From positions 36,952,277 through 37,016,276 of the forward strand of contig JAHRHZ010000222.1 of the NCBI GenBank assembly GCA_024137785.1: 64,000 nucleotides of DNA, in the 5' to 3' direction. Origin of the DNA: Ginglymostoma cirratum. Its lineage: Eukaryota. Position 1 is the stretch's first letter. Every line of letters starts with the position of its first letter. Below, one piece after another: positions 1 through 13,521 of the stretch. A program made the position numbers and the translations under genes. The notes under the pieces are model-generated. The model was not told the DNA's origin. It worked only from the letters and a program-made list of their open reading frames with translations, and did no database searches.

Positions 1-15
1 CATTTCTACCCATAG

Positions 16-69
16 ATCTATGAACTTTGGATGTATTTGGTTACTGAAGAATATGCTCCCTGCCTGTGA
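16..69 (+). CDS. Candidate terminal coding exon of an unidentified upstream gene (IYELWMYLVTEEYAPCL*)
   Basis: Pyrimidine-rich acceptor ttctacccatag at 4-15, then 17 codons and TGA, followed by AT-rich UTR-like sequence with AATAAA motifs. Protein not recognised; another frame is also open. Confidence 0.2.
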   Translation: MYELWMYLVTEEYAPCL

Positions 70-1149
70 TTAAGAAGTTGAAACTTCTGTATGGTGCCTC
101 AACAATTGTGCTGAAAGAACCAGTTATATTTCCCTTACAGTTACTTTCCAACTTGCCTTATTGTTTAAATAAAAACAATCTTCTAATTGTTATACATTAC
201 TGGAAATACACTGATATTTTTAGAGCTCAAAAGTATATCATTAAGCAGAGGCAGGACTTGACATTAACACTGTTTTTCTGGCATTATAATGATATTTTTA
301 GATTTGGAAATCTGTAAATAGTACTATTTTCTAGGATTCAATATGGAAGTTACATGTATTTTGCTATAACCTTCCGACAACATTAAAGAAGTTCCAAAAA
401 ATGGAAACAGATTATAATCTAAAAAAGTCAACTGCAAATTTTACACCCAAATAAACCTTCTTTTTAACCTCATTATTCTTCCTTTTGTTCCCCTTCCCTG
501 AAGTCGATACTCATTTATGGCCTGTGAGCTCATTGGACAGTGGTGGCCCAGATGGTGAAGTATGGCAAGTTATTTTAACGTGACAAATGAAAGAACCTAT
601 TTCATTCAGGAAGTTACCACTATCTTTGGTTTTCCAGAAATTGACAATGACAAAAAGCACATGATCACTTAGTAGACTGAGACTATGAAATAATTTGAAA
701 CAGTTTATCTAAGTGTGAGAATACAAATTCTTACAATTATGTCATTGGCTGTAGTTAATTTGATCAAATTGGAGTCACATTTGTAGTCAATCTCACTATC
801 CAATTTGTAAATAATTCTGATGCAATAGCAGAATTATTATTAGCAAACAATATAATATCATTCTGGAAAATACTTGACAAAGCACAGATCAGACTGTTTC
901 CTTCTCTGGCTCCAGTTCCGGGGTTAGGATTTAAGGCAATATTATATACCTGCTAGACTCTCTCAATATTTTCACAACACTTCACTCCCTGCGCCAAACA
1001 TGGAACTTGATTCCATTCTTCCCATTTCTTCACCTCCATTACACATGTTCTGATAATACAATCTTTCATACCACTACTCCCAGAATGTCTTTCTGTTCCT
1101 GTTGCCCACTCATGCCAATGTGGTAAATGATGTCCCTTCAGGCAATGAT

Positions 1150-1440
1150 AAAGGCTACATCCATCTCCAAGACCTGGCCAACTGAATGTTGGCCAGTAAA
1201 GAGACCGGTAACACTTGCACCAGACAGCGATCACCTCCAATAAGAATAATTCTAACCATCTCCCCATGAAATTCAAGCCATTACCACCAGTGAATCCCCA
1301 CTATCAGCATCATGGGCACTACCATTGAACCAAAACTAAATGGATCTGCCATATAAAAACAACAGTTAAGAGTAGATAAAGATATGAATTTTGAACTCAC
1401 TTCCTGATCTTTCAAAGCAGTCCAGCATCAGTCTTAATAT
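1150..1440 (+). mobile_element. Decayed LINE RT fragment (CR1-group, same family as 61210-61680)
   Basis: tctaaccatctcccc...gaatccccactatcagcatcatggg...accattgaaccaaaact aligns by eye with 61475-61570. Confidence 0.55.
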
Positions 1441-3399
1441 GAAACCTCCTGATCTGGCATATCCTCCACTCTACCATTACAATTTAACTGAGGATACCAA
1501 CCCTAGAACACTGACCCATGTTCCTGACAGGAATTTTTAGGACGGATATCTAAAAAAAAGTTGTCAAAGAGCTTGGTTTTATATAATCTCTTAAAGAGCA
1601 AGACAGAGCTGAAGAGCTTAAGCTGAGGAATTCCAGTTTTTTTTAGGTCAAGACAATTGAAGACATGATCACCATCATAGCCCAGTGAGCACCAGGAGTA
1701 AAGAATAAGAAAGGCTTATGCTACAAAGTTTTGGCTGAGCTTAGGTTTAAAGAAACCGGTCTATTAGAGCTAAAATTTACCTAACCTGTTTGAGAATAAC
1801 ACCAAAATGTATTAAACAAACAATTTTATTTAGTCAAGAACCACAATTCGCAAATATTAGCAATTTCATATAATCAATTGTACCCTAAAAAAAACTGCCA
1901 CATCAGAATTATAGTCAAATTAAGCAATTGTTTTAAATTGTTTCAAGTTAAAGTATCAAAATAACCTTTGCCGGCTTCTCACTTGGTATAAATATATGAA
2001 CTTGTCAAATGCAAATTATACGTATAAAACGTACACAATTTTTAAGTAGTCATACTCTCGAGGTGAAGATTAATAAACAGTGACTGAGGTATATGATATA
2101 ATTTGTCTTGTATCATTCAGTTACTAAAATGCAGAAACAATTTTTAAAAAAGCAGGAATTGGAATTTTTTTTCAATTGAAAAGGTCAAAAGTACAATGCA
2201 ATTTAAAATGTCAACAAGTATATTAGTTGAAAATATGTTATTTATTGTAAAACTGTATTCACTAAACATTGGAAACTCTTTAAATGACTCATACTTTTGA
2301 CTAATTTAGGAAAAATAACTGCCCTTGATTGATCGTATTTACTGAAGTGGCATCTTGAACTTTCTGGGTTGACTAAAATTCAGCTTCAGTTAAGCCAGGA
2401 AAAGAATAAGTACCCCAGTTGCATTGTTCAATATGATGATTTCATTTTTGTCAAAAAAACCTTTCAAAAAATGGTACCATGTCTGTTAAATGTGTATGTA
2501 CGTTTCCCTTCCTCATTCATTGCCCTGCATAGTACCCATACTCAATAAATTCTCAAACACGGAGAATGCCCTGTTGTCTAAACACTTGTTTTATTATTTT
2601 GTTGATAAATATGATTAAATGAAATTGTTAGAACAATAAGATAATGAAAGTGACGCAAATGAGTTCCTTCAAAGAGCAACCTGCCTTATCTTTGACTTTT
2701 TTTATAAGACGATGTCACTTCTCATTGTACAGTGACACAGCTGGTTATCTTTCTGGATCGGAATATGCCTCATTAAAGTTACGGTCAAGGCATTAAATAT
2801 TCATCTTTCACACTGGTAGCTTGCTGAACAATTAACTACTGTACAGATTCCATATCAGTCTAATTGACTGTAATGATTTAAGTAGCATGAATTTGGTAAA
2901 TTTGCAATTACTGTTGATTTTGATGGGCAGAGCAATTACAACTTTTTGGTAAGGGTCTCTACAGGAGAAAGTTGCTAATGGTGCAGTGTGAGTAAAAGGC
3001 ATTTGTCATGACCTTTAGGAATTTCTGCAGCAGAATGCATATTACCATGTAGATGCAATCACTTCAATGGTACTAATGTTCAGGAAATTATGCCGAATGC
3101 CTGGTATAGCTTAATTATATACTCTCTTGTTCCCACTCAATTAATCCCAACTAGAAACTCTCTTTACTTCGTCTGCAGTCACCTTACTCTGCCTTCTAAA
3201 CCTTTAATGAGTTAATAATCGTAAAGTTGAGTCTTTTTCTTTTAATGTACAACGGTACCCTTTCATGATATAATTTTACCTGTTGTTTTGAGCCCAGAAG
3301 ATGCGCCACTGCATATGCTTTCTGAAAGATATCTGCCAAACATACACACAGGTAAATAGGACTTGCACCACATGTTTGATGGAAATTACTGTTCACAAT

Positions 3400-3910
3400 A
3401 TACACTTCTATTCATTTACAAATTTACAGACATTTTCATTAATCCCTCTATTCAAACCAATAAAAAAGATTAGCAACCATGGTCCTAACACAGAGTCTTA
3501 TGGAACTTCTCTTGTGACCAAGTCCAATTCAGTCCCACTTTGATCACTGAAAACCCTCTTGATTTAAAGTTTCCAATCAAGTACCTTTTCAGCATAATCT
3601 GCAGTGCACTATGATCTGATCTTTAGCAATCGCCATCAATGCAACATCTCATTAAAAGCATTTTAGAAATTAACATGTACAACTTTAACTATCATCATTC
3701 ACTATTCTGCCCACATCCTGAAAGAACTCAATCAAGTTAGTGATGCACGACCTCCATTTCCTGAAGTCATGTTGGGAATCCCTAATAACTGCTGAACTCT
3801 ACAAGAATCATAAATCACTTTCTGTACAAAGTCATCTAGCAGGTTCCCTACAACCTGCTATCAGACAGATGGGCCACAACTTCCCATGGTCTAATTGCTT
3901 CTTAAATAAA
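3400..3910 (-). mobile_element. Old CR1/L2-type RT fragment
   Basis: Minus strand near 3480-3520 reads VTREVP*DSVLGP (degenerate GVPQGSVLGP); an upstream DF.KAF-like motif lies near 3655-3670. Confidence 0.6.
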
Positions 3911-4479
3911 GTGACAACCTACTAGAATCAGATCAGGCCTCAGTAAGTTCTTGCTGTCCCACAGTATGCGATTAAAATCAGATTTATGGTGTCTTTGTTT
4001 CATATTATCAAAGCACGAGCCCTCAAGATGACAAAACTAATGTTTTATTCTTATTTAGATAAATCAACTTTTTTGAAGTAGGAGTAAGTAGTTTTTGATC
4101 TATTGTTATTGTTTGCTTTCAATGGGACTACTTTTCCAACTTCATGTTGTAAGCAGATAGTTGGAAAATGAAATGCAGCATGAGCAAGGCATGAATGTTG
4201 AAATTTGCCCCTCATATTCCTTTGTACACGTACAGGAAAACATGCAAGGAAGTTAATCAAAGAAATTAGACTGTCAACTTAATTTTCAAATGTACACTCA
4301 GGATACTATTTCATTTCTCTTCTCCTGACTTCTCCAATGTTGCAAAATTTTCAAATTGCTCGTTTAATATTCAGATTAAATACCTCATCTAATAACTTGA
4401 TGAACTGACTTCATTTTTCCAAGTAAATATTGGGAAAACAGAATCTATTGTTTTTGGATATTTTCAAATCAACCCATGC

Positions 4480-4575
4480 AGAGATAGTATTACACACCTC
4501 TGGAGCAGGTGGGGCTTGAACCTAGGCTTTTTGACCCAGAGGTAGGAACACTACCACTACAACACAAGGACCCTT
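4480..4575 (-). mobile_element. tRNA-derived SINE head
   Basis: Minus strand gtagtggtagtgttcctacc...taggttcaagcccc (A-box/B-box like); related copies at ~5195-5290, ~44465-44560 and ~51795-51860. Confidence 0.65.
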
Positions 4576-4599
4576 CCATTGTTTTTGGTCCCTATTCCA

Positions 4600-5440
4600 A
4601 ACTCCATTCCACATTTCCCGACTTCATCTCTCAGTACTGGCAACAGTCTGAGGTCTAGCCAGACTTTCCAACCATGTAATATTGTCCTCAAGGTGGGATT
4701 CTGAACCTATATTTGCTCTATTACTAAAACTGCCTTTTCCCACCTCAATAACATCACTTGTCTTTGAACTTGTCTCAAAGCATTTGTTGCTGAAAATCTC
4801 ACTTGTGCCTTTATTTCTTCTACTCGTGACTATTCCAAAGCACTCCTGCTAGTCTCTGTAATTTTGAGGTTTATGAAAAATTCTGTTGACTATGTTTTAT
4901 CTTGTAGCAAATCCCATTCCTCTATCACCCTTTTGGCTTGCTGGCTTACACTGGTTCCAGATCAAAAAGTATCTTAATTTTAACATCCTTATTTTTGTTT
5001 TTCTTGCCTTTTCGTAGCTCAATAATTTCCTTCAGCCCATAATCTGCTGAGATATCACAAATGAGCATTGCTGATTTTAATCACTCCACCTTTGGTGGCA
5101 GTGTCTTCTGTTGCTTTGTCCCTAAGCATCGGAATTAGCTCCCTCCATCTCTGCATCTCACTTTCCTTTTTCAATGATTTTCATCATTCTGTTTGGACAC
5201 ATTATGGTACAGCTCCAGACCAGTTGGGGCTTGAACCTCAACTGGCTGGCTAAGAGGTATATATACTACCACAAGACCATCAGAGCCCCAGTTAAGACGC
5301 TCTTTAAAAATATCTGTTTGGCCAAGCTTTTGGCCATCTGACCTAATATCCCCTCCTGTGTCCTGACTGGTTTTACAATGTGTTTGTGAAGCGGCTTGGG
5401 ACATTTTAGTATGTTAATAATATTTAACCAAAAGTTGTTG
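4600..5440 (+). mobile_element. L2-like LINE 3' region, interrupted by a SINE head at ~5195-5290
   Basis: 4790-4860 translates ENLTCAFISSTRDYSKALLLVS, resembling L2 ETLIHAFVTSRLDYSNALLAGL; L2-type tail gtgaagcggcttgggacatttt...aaagttgttg. Confidence 0.7.
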
Positions 5441-8341
5441 CTTCTGTACATAACTCCAGTGGTAATTAGAACTGACAAGTTCCCTATAGGTCAAACGGCC
5501 TCTTGGTTGCTACAATTTCTATGATTCTTTTAGCTGTGAATGAAATTTACCATGAATGAAAAATGAATGTGAACCTGTTTCTCTCCAATATATTCTCATT
5601 GCCTCTGGCTTTTTCTCTTAACCCCTTTGTGTGCGTTCAATTAACAAGTCCCAGGGCCTACATTCAGCATCTCTGGCACCACCTGCTGGCTTTGAGAAGA
5701 TTTCTGCAGTTGTCAGTCCTGTGTGAAAGTAACTGGCCAAAAATGAGGCTCGTACTTTATCTTTTGAAATGAATTTAATCATTTTCTCTAGCAACTTCAG
5801 GATCATTTTAAGCACATTTGCTTAAAAGGGAAAAAAAAAATCTTTGTTTTGGTTTCTTTTGTCAAAAGCTTGGAGAGTTAGCCTGAAACAAAACGTTCTT
5901 GGATTATTACAAAGCAGTGGCTATTGTAAGCAATTAAGGGTAGAAATACAAAGACTGCAGAAAAAATAGAGCTATCCAATTCAGAAGCTGTCCTGCAACT
6001 TGACACTAATCTCAGCAGGGCCATCTGAAAGAGGATCAAGGCCAGGAACACCACCTTGCATGTGAAGGGAGACAACATCTAAAATTGTGTCAATTCACTC
6101 AGCTCCCACACACTCACTCTGGTAGATTATCCAGCAAAATAAGCAAAGGCCTAGCAGAATGCCATCCACTTATTTGACAAAGCTAAAACATTGTTATATG
6201 TCAGTGTTTGTTCAATGAAGAATTGACTCAATTCAGAAAAGAAACTTAACATTTTATATAAAGAGATTAGATGGAATTCTTCCTATTGCTGTACAACATA
6301 GAACTGTGCACACATCACTGTACCAGCTATTACTTTATTGGAACCCAGTCAGAAACAAGTTTTTATCTTAGACAGAGTACATTCAAATACAGAATGGGTT
6401 TCCTTACTAATTCAGGAAGCTATTTTGATGTTTAACAATTAAGATATGGTCATTTTAACAGTAAATAATTATATGACTGCTGGAATTCAGGGTCGTAAAC
6501 TGGAGACAATTAGTAATGTATAGCTGGGATATTGTTGTCCCTGAGAAATGTTTATATTTATTAATAGTCAAGGCAGTATTTAGTGTTCACTGCGTAAGTT
6601 GTTTGCATTCTGCACTGGAAACTGAGCTCCAGTACGACAGATAAGGACAAGATTGGCTTTGACAAGTTGCAGCTTTGAAATTTAGATTTAGATGTCCTGA
6701 ATTAGATGTTAATACTGCCCACATACGACATGGTAATCTATTCATTATGTAACAGGATTACCACAGTTCAACAAATCAGGACATTCAAATGTGTACACTA
6801 TAGGTGGAAATGCGTTCAAATCTAGTACTTGGTAAATGGAATTGGCTGTTACCTTGTAATTTCTCTTTTCCGACCTTCCATTAGAAGCACAGCCCTAAGT
6901 ACAACAAGTCCCCAAGGTTGAACGACCTCTAACACAGTTCATGTAACTAGGATACCATGTATAAATAAAAAGTGATTGACTGGTTCATTGATTCATTTCG
7001 TTTACTGAATCAGTTCTTGACACGTTCAAAGGCTTAGCATTTTCAATAGCTCAACAGTATTTATTAATCTGAATTTCTTCATAGGGAGATGGATAATTGG
7101 AAACAATATAAAAGGACATAATTCCACAACAAATGCATTTTAATTAATTGTTGTACGCTATTGGAAAGAATATTTGTAATATTACCTCATCTGTTGTGTT
7201 GTGTGCATTACTGTGGGTCCATTGGTTTGTTCAAGTGTGAATCTTGTGTGCCAAATGAAAATATAAGTGACACAGAGTGAAATCTTTAATGTGGGTTTAT
7301 AGAAGGAAAGCAAGACAAAATTAATGCAAGGCTGAAAGATAAATTCTAAACAACAGAGGAAGACCAGCAAAATCTGCCAAAATATTTGTTTAAATTGAAT
7401 ACTACAGCTTATTGTGGACTATAAATTGACAAAAACTATCTTCAATGGAGCTTTTCAAGGATCTAATTATGGTCAACAGGACTATGCATTATATTATAGT
7501 ATAAATGTATGTGAGGGTAACTAGATAGGCATATGATGGAGAAAGAATTAGTTTTATTCTCTCTGAGCTATATGAGAGAGGAGAGGGGAGAATTGTTTGA
7601 ACCATAAACACTGATAAATATCAGTGGTCAATTTCCACGCTCTACATTCTATGTGATAACATTCCAAGTTCTGTTCATGAGTTTCTAACCTCTTCTCATT
7701 AATCACCACATCATTACATATAATTATTTCTGCTTTGAAGATCTACTTTTATTTCAGAACATTTTTAACTCCAGGGTATTCTTTGAGAAAACTAAAATGT
7801 TGCTATTTCATCTGTTTCCATATCTGTTCCCCTTCCTTTGCAAACACAGTAGATTACTTTTGGGTGAAGATGGGTCCAAGCTGGTTTATATTGTCACCCA
7901 TGCAATTTTCTACATGTACTCCAGCAATGAATGAGAAGTACAAATTATCACAGATACACAAATCTCAAATTATTACAAAAGCTGAAAAGAATTTTTAAAA
8001 TCTTTGCTTAGTTACTTTCACCAACTTTTATACAAAGAGAATCTCTTCGAGGGAAAGGCTAAATGACTGAATTTGGGATATTTAATCTGCTTTAAATTTG
8101 AGAGAAATTTAGTAAACCACAAGCTTTTAAATTAAATTTAAGGAGACATTTTTGGTCGGTTGACTGGGTAGTTGAAAGTTGGCGAGAAAAAGAGAACTGA
8201 AGGTGATGAGAACTATGCATTATACTACTTGTGGGTAAATGTGCAAGAGATTATTTGTGAAATTAGAAAGAGAAATGAACAAACGAGAGTTCCACAATCA
8301 TGTGTTCTGTGTCCTCTGTGTTCTACACAATTCATTCCAAA

Positions 8342-8528
8342 CATGATGTGGAGGTACCGGTGTTGGACTGGAATGGACAATGTCAAAAATCATACAACAC
8401 CAGATTACTGTCCAGCAGGTTTATTTGAAATCACCAGCTTTCGGAGCCCCTGAAGAGACAACGCTCTGAAAGCTGGTGATTTCAAATAAATCTGTTGGAC
8501 TATAACCTGGTGTCATGTGACTTTTGAC
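8342..8528. mobile_element. Penelope-derived short inverted-repeat element (MER6-like) with decayed hammerhead core
   Basis: Imperfect ~65 bp inverted arms (about 8381-8447 and 8463-8529); centre ctgaagagacaacgctctgaaagct; possible TSD cattccaaa (8333-8341) / cataccaaa (8529-8537). Confidence 0.7.
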
Positions 8529-8759
8529 CATACCAAATAAGGAAGAGAGCAATTTCTTGCAATTTCAACGTTTGTTGATGACACTAAGTGACCAGTTGAT
8601 TAATGGCAAGTTTGTTCATAGCATTCAAGAGAATCTAGACATTAAAGTATATGACCTAAGAAACAGTGAACAGATTTTAACATCTGTGAATACATGGCAT
8701 TGCATACTGGTACAGGAAACATGCAGACCAAACAATACCTGCTGAACATCTTTTAAGAC

Positions 8760-8905
8760 TATTTGCACAGCCAGTATTGATCTTTTTGTATGCTCACAGT
8801 AGTTTCAAGAAGGCAGCTCACTACTATTTACCCAAGGACAAGTATAGACGGGCAAAAAAAAAGCCTTGCCAGCAATGTTCCTATCCCATGAACAAATAAA
8901 GAATA
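8760..8905 (+). mobile_element. LINE 3' tail fragment
   Basis: ttcaagaaggcagctcac...gacgggcaa...ccagcaatg...atcccatgaacaaataaa resembles the tails of the SINEs at 15720-15783 and 45100-45165. Confidence 0.55.
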
Positions 8906-8989
8906 ATTCACCCACTCATTCAGTGGGAGCGCCCTATGAAGCTAAGGATAATCTAGTACTAGATAATACCTAATATGATTACAAATTAA

Positions 8990-9505
8990 AACTACATGTG
9001 GAATATTGTGTGCAGTTTTCATCTCACTACCTACGAAAAGGCTTATTTGCCACAGGGCAAGTGCAGCAGAGGTTCACCAGGACTGTCCTATTAGGGGAGA
9101 ATAGTTTGGCAGGGCCTGTATTCACTAGAGTTTAGAGCCATGAGGGGGGAATGATTGAAATATATAAAATTAACACATGACTCAACAGACTAGATACATG
9201 AAGACTATTTTCATTGGTGGGGGAGAATCAGAGAATACAATCTCTGGGTATAAGGTAGATATTTTGAATTAAGATTAGGAAAAATCTATTCACTCAAAAG
9301 GTAGTGAACCTGTGAAACTCTTTATCACAGAGAATGTGGAAGTCAATTCGCTGAATATATTCAAGAAGAATTTTGAGTTTATTTTAGATTTTAAAGGTTT
9401 CAAGGTGTATAGGGGGAAGCTGGAATATTTGATAGGCATGATCATATGGTGGAGCAGGTTCTAAGGACCAAATGACTCACTCCTGCTCCTACTTCCTATG
9501 TTTCT
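8990..9505 (+). mobile_element. CR1/HER-like LINE 3' fragment
   Basis: EYCVQF...LRK...VQQRFTR motif; 3' end ggaccaaatgactcactcctgctcctacttcctatgtttct. Confidence 0.85.
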
Positions 9506-9514
9506 AAAACATGT

Positions 9515-11009
9515 AAAGTGGAATCTTAAAGGGGTCTGAGTGACATAGGCTATGGTGAGATTTGTAGCAGAATCAAATGAGAAGTCCAATGAGACCATCT
9601 TGACATCAGAAAGATCTCATTGCATCTTTTATGCTTTTGCCGAACAAGTTGAGTTTCTTGCTGGGCAATGGTGAATGCAACTTGCTTCATTAATATTTAC
9701 CCTCTTGTCTTATGATACATGTTGAACATGTTAAAATTCTCAACTCAGAACCCTGAACGGTTATCTGGTGAATTTAGCTCACCCTGAGGAGCCACTATGA
9801 TACTTAACACCAATAAACATCTCAGAATACCATCCGGGGCACCAGCCATATGTATCTCTCGGCCACAAATTTTGGCGTCCAACGTTTGCCAACACTTGAA
9901 GACCATCATGGTACCTGTAATCCCCATGCAAGGCATTCAGAGAGAACAGACTTGCATTGGAGGAAGGGAGAAGAGACTCAGGAACCCACTCTATGAGAAT
10001 GGGGGCAAGGAGGGTTTAACAATCGTGGAAGGGACAACACTATCTGCAAGGGGGTGACAGTAAAGCATCGATGGGGGATCATGTGGAATGTCACTCATCC
10101 ACAGTCAGGCGCACCCTGGTTTCAAGCAGATCACAGTATTTTTGACACTTGGCATGGTCACCACTTTTGCCTGAGGCAGGGGTTTGGTGTGGAGGTGTGG
10201 GTATGACTAGATGGGCACAGGTGCTCACATTGATAGCTTGTATGGGGAAGCACAAAGCCTATGGGGATCTTGGGAAGGGTTACATGAAAAAGGATCTGGA
10301 TGTTCAGAGCCTCATCAACATTTAGAGATAATAGCTGGAATCCATTGGCCAAAGGGTGCCCCTTCATCATGCTGGAAATCAAAAGAATGCAAAAGGAAGA
10401 GAAATGACTGTGACCACACTCCGGTTGAGTGGGGTAAGCAACTTGACCACCATGAAGGGAAACAACATTTCACACATATTGTGTAGGACACTGGCTTGTG
10501 GGACCCTGATCCCTGGTGACCATAATGCATTAAGTCCCCTCAGGATCTGGTGGTATGTGCACCTTGCCTGGCTCTCTGGGAAGAGAGCACCTCGGCTTTG
10601 CACCAACCCCGTGACCAGAACCTCCAGGTCTCTGTTGGAGAATAGTGTTGCCATCTTCCCCTTCTCCAACATGTTCAAATGTCATCCTTCACTGAGTAGG
10701 GCAGCTTTGGAATGCCTGTGCTTGCCCAGTGCACAGCAGCATCTTGAATGCACCATATGCTCCAGGGATGTCGGTCTTCCAGCAGATACATGGTGTGTGG
10801 CGAGTTTGTTTCTTGGAGCAGTACATGGTAAGATGGGGATAGAATTGGATGTGAGGAATGCTACAGGGGCTGAGTAGATAGTTAATGAGGTGCATTTGGT
10901 AAAATACAGTGAGAAATCTTGCCGGGCATCTCAGCATAAATTCTTCCAAAATCTTGCTGGAAAACACAACACAACTCATGTCTAGCTGAAAAGATATAAG
11001 GTTCAGCCC
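9515..11009 (-). mobile_element. Non-autonomous PIF/Harbinger-derived element with Myb/SANT-like ORF remnant
   Basis: ORF 10379-10678(-) MLEKGKMATLFSNRDLEVLVTGLVQSRGALFPE resembles the Harbinger ORF2/NAIF1-type Myb/SANT N-terminus; right end gttcagccc is TIR-like; subterminal sequence shared with 18741, 46990 and 49107. Confidence 0.65.
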
Positions 11010-12559
11010 CATAGAGGAGATGATTGTATTTCTTACCCTCTGAGCAGTTGTCCCAATTTTAACAATTCCAACAGCAGTTCTTTTAGTGTGTTTTAATATG
11101 TAGAAGGTTATTTAATAGGCTAATAAAGACAGTTACATTGATGCATTGGAAACTAACTCAAAATTATGGCAAGAATAACCTTAGGACATAAAACTTGAAG
11201 AACACGGAAATATAAGAACACAAACTAATTTCTCTTCAATGAAGGAATCAATGGTAATAAAATGTGTAGATATTAAGAATGTTATCACATTCTGATGATT
11301 TAAGTTTCTTAAGTAAAGATTAATTTGGGCATAAGTCAACTAGTTTTAGAACATTTTACATTGGTATTGTTCTGTCTGTACTCTTGTTTGGCTAGAAATT
11401 TCAACCATTATAGAACAGGCTTTAAAACATTTTTCTTTTTCATTTTCAATGTTGGAATTTTATATTTGGAGAGTTTGTTTCGTACGCCTCAAGCTAAATA
11501 CATGTTTTCTATATATAATTAAAATGTTTGAAATGATAAAAAATTAAGAACTAAAAACTTAGAGCTGCCATCTTCACTCTTATCAAATAAATGTTTGTTA
11601 CCTCTTCATGTATTTTACTTCCTTCAATAATAAAAATAATTTATCCTATCATCTGCAATAAATGTTAATTAAACAATAGTTCAATATTTGAGGATAGATA
11701 GATAGATATAAAAACCTTCACTTCAATCTTCATTACCCTTTCGTTAAATTTCAATTATATTTGCTATCAAAGTGCTAACACATCTTTAAACCTGTTATTC
11801 CTTTGTCAGGGTTATACAAAAAGGTACTAAGAGTGAAACAGATGTCATAATTACACACTTATTCAGAACATTTTACACTCATTCTCTGAGGAATTTGCAG
11901 ATGAGCTGAGCACGTTCTTAAATTAATTTGGTGACAGTGCACTGCTGCTGTGATTCATTACGCTCATACAATCTGTTGTAGTTCTTTTATGTGTGACAGA
12001 ATCATATTAGTACTGAAATTTAACGAGGATATTATTTATCAGTAAAATGCCAGCAGACAATAGAATAGCTTTCTTCTTTAAATGTTTCTCTCTGAAAATC
12101 ACAATCCAATAAGGAAATTGATAATCAGTAAAATAATGCATCAGCATTCATTCTACAAAAGCCAGATGTTTGCCCTTTCATCGTCTGTTTCAGGTATTCG
12201 TATCTAATTAGTTTTAAGGTGAGAATATTGTGAATAGATGAGCATTTTGTTGGAAATTCAGCAAACGTAAAGATTCACCATTAAATAGGCACAATTTTTA
12301 AGGAATTTAGTTTCTAAATACATTGCTTTGCACTTGCTTTTGGTTTTACCAAGCAATTTGTGATTTTTCAAGTTATTATCACATGGCAAAATGAAACTAA
12401 CAATGGAAATTACAATTTCTGTGGCATATTGCATTCATAGTGAACTTTAGAGTCGTACTGCAAGAAATTTGATGATGGGCATTTGGTAGGACAACACTTG
12501 AAAATTGTGGAGAAAGGACCAGACAAGGGAAAGGCCCCAAGACAGGCAGTCAGCAATAC

Positions 12560-12730
12560 ATAGAGGAGCAGGTGACAGGAAAACCCTGACACAAAAAAAG
12601 TACAATCTTCACCCAAAGAATGGTGAGTCTGTGGAATTCTTCGCCACAGAAAGCCATTGAAGCTGAAATGTTGAATGTTTTCAAGAAGGAGTTAGATATA
12701 GTTCTTGGGGCTAAAGAGAGAAATGGAAAC
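12560..12730 (+). mobile_element. CR1-like LINE 3' fragment
   Basis: ttcacccaaagaatggtgagtctgtggaattct...ttcaagaaggagttagatata (FTQRMVSLWNS...FKKELD). Confidence 0.8.
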
Positions 12731-13521
12731 GGTACTGAAAAATCAATTCCCACTCTTCCCGGGTCATCACATTAAGTTACGATTTAATAAAGTAAGTAAC
12801 ATTCCCCAATTTACTGGACTTTCAAATCCAAATTGATCAAAAGCATAAACCAGTCTTAGGTATTGAACAAGAATCAGTATTTATCACAAGTAATTAGACT
12901 GCAGTTACAGGTGAACAGTTATAGACTGACGGCAGATAATGCTACTAATCTCCTTATAAACTCCTGGTTATGGACATACAGACAGAAATACTGACAGGAT
13001 AAGATAGATTATGTACAGGGTGGAATAAACTAGAATGACAGTTTAGTAATCTTTGTTCACTAGGTGGAGGTGATTCTTGTAACCTTTCTAATGGCCAGTG
13101 CTCTGCTTCAGATGTCTTTCTCCAAATGTTTCCATTTCTTGAGGAAAGACACAGGGTGCTGGGTCCTTTATAAAAGCCCTCTGACTTATCAGTTACAAGT
13201 CACCACTTCTCACAACAGGTGGAGAAAAGTTAAAACTGGTTTTCTTCAGGTTTACGGTGAGTTTTGAATGTCGAGGAAAGGGAAACTGCTCCTGAGACAG
13301 AGGAGAACTGAACACTTCCATCCCTCTTTCTAACTTGTTCCCAGCTCCAATCTGAGAATGAGTTACATATGTTGGGCAAGCAAAATTGTCTCTTTCATAG
13401 ACCAGTCAACTTCTTGTCACCAGCAAAAGCTACACTTGTACACTTCCTTAACTCCAATCATCTGTAACACAATATTCAATTACAGCTTATTCAGACAGTT
13501 TTTTTTAAACAATATCTTGCA
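12731..13521. mobile_element. Possible solo LTR or unclassified interspersed repeat
   Basis: Begins abruptly where the CR1 fragment stops, is non-coding, contains tttatc/tttataa motifs (minus-strand polyA/TATA-like) and ends in CA. No TSD confirmed. Confidence 0.25.
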
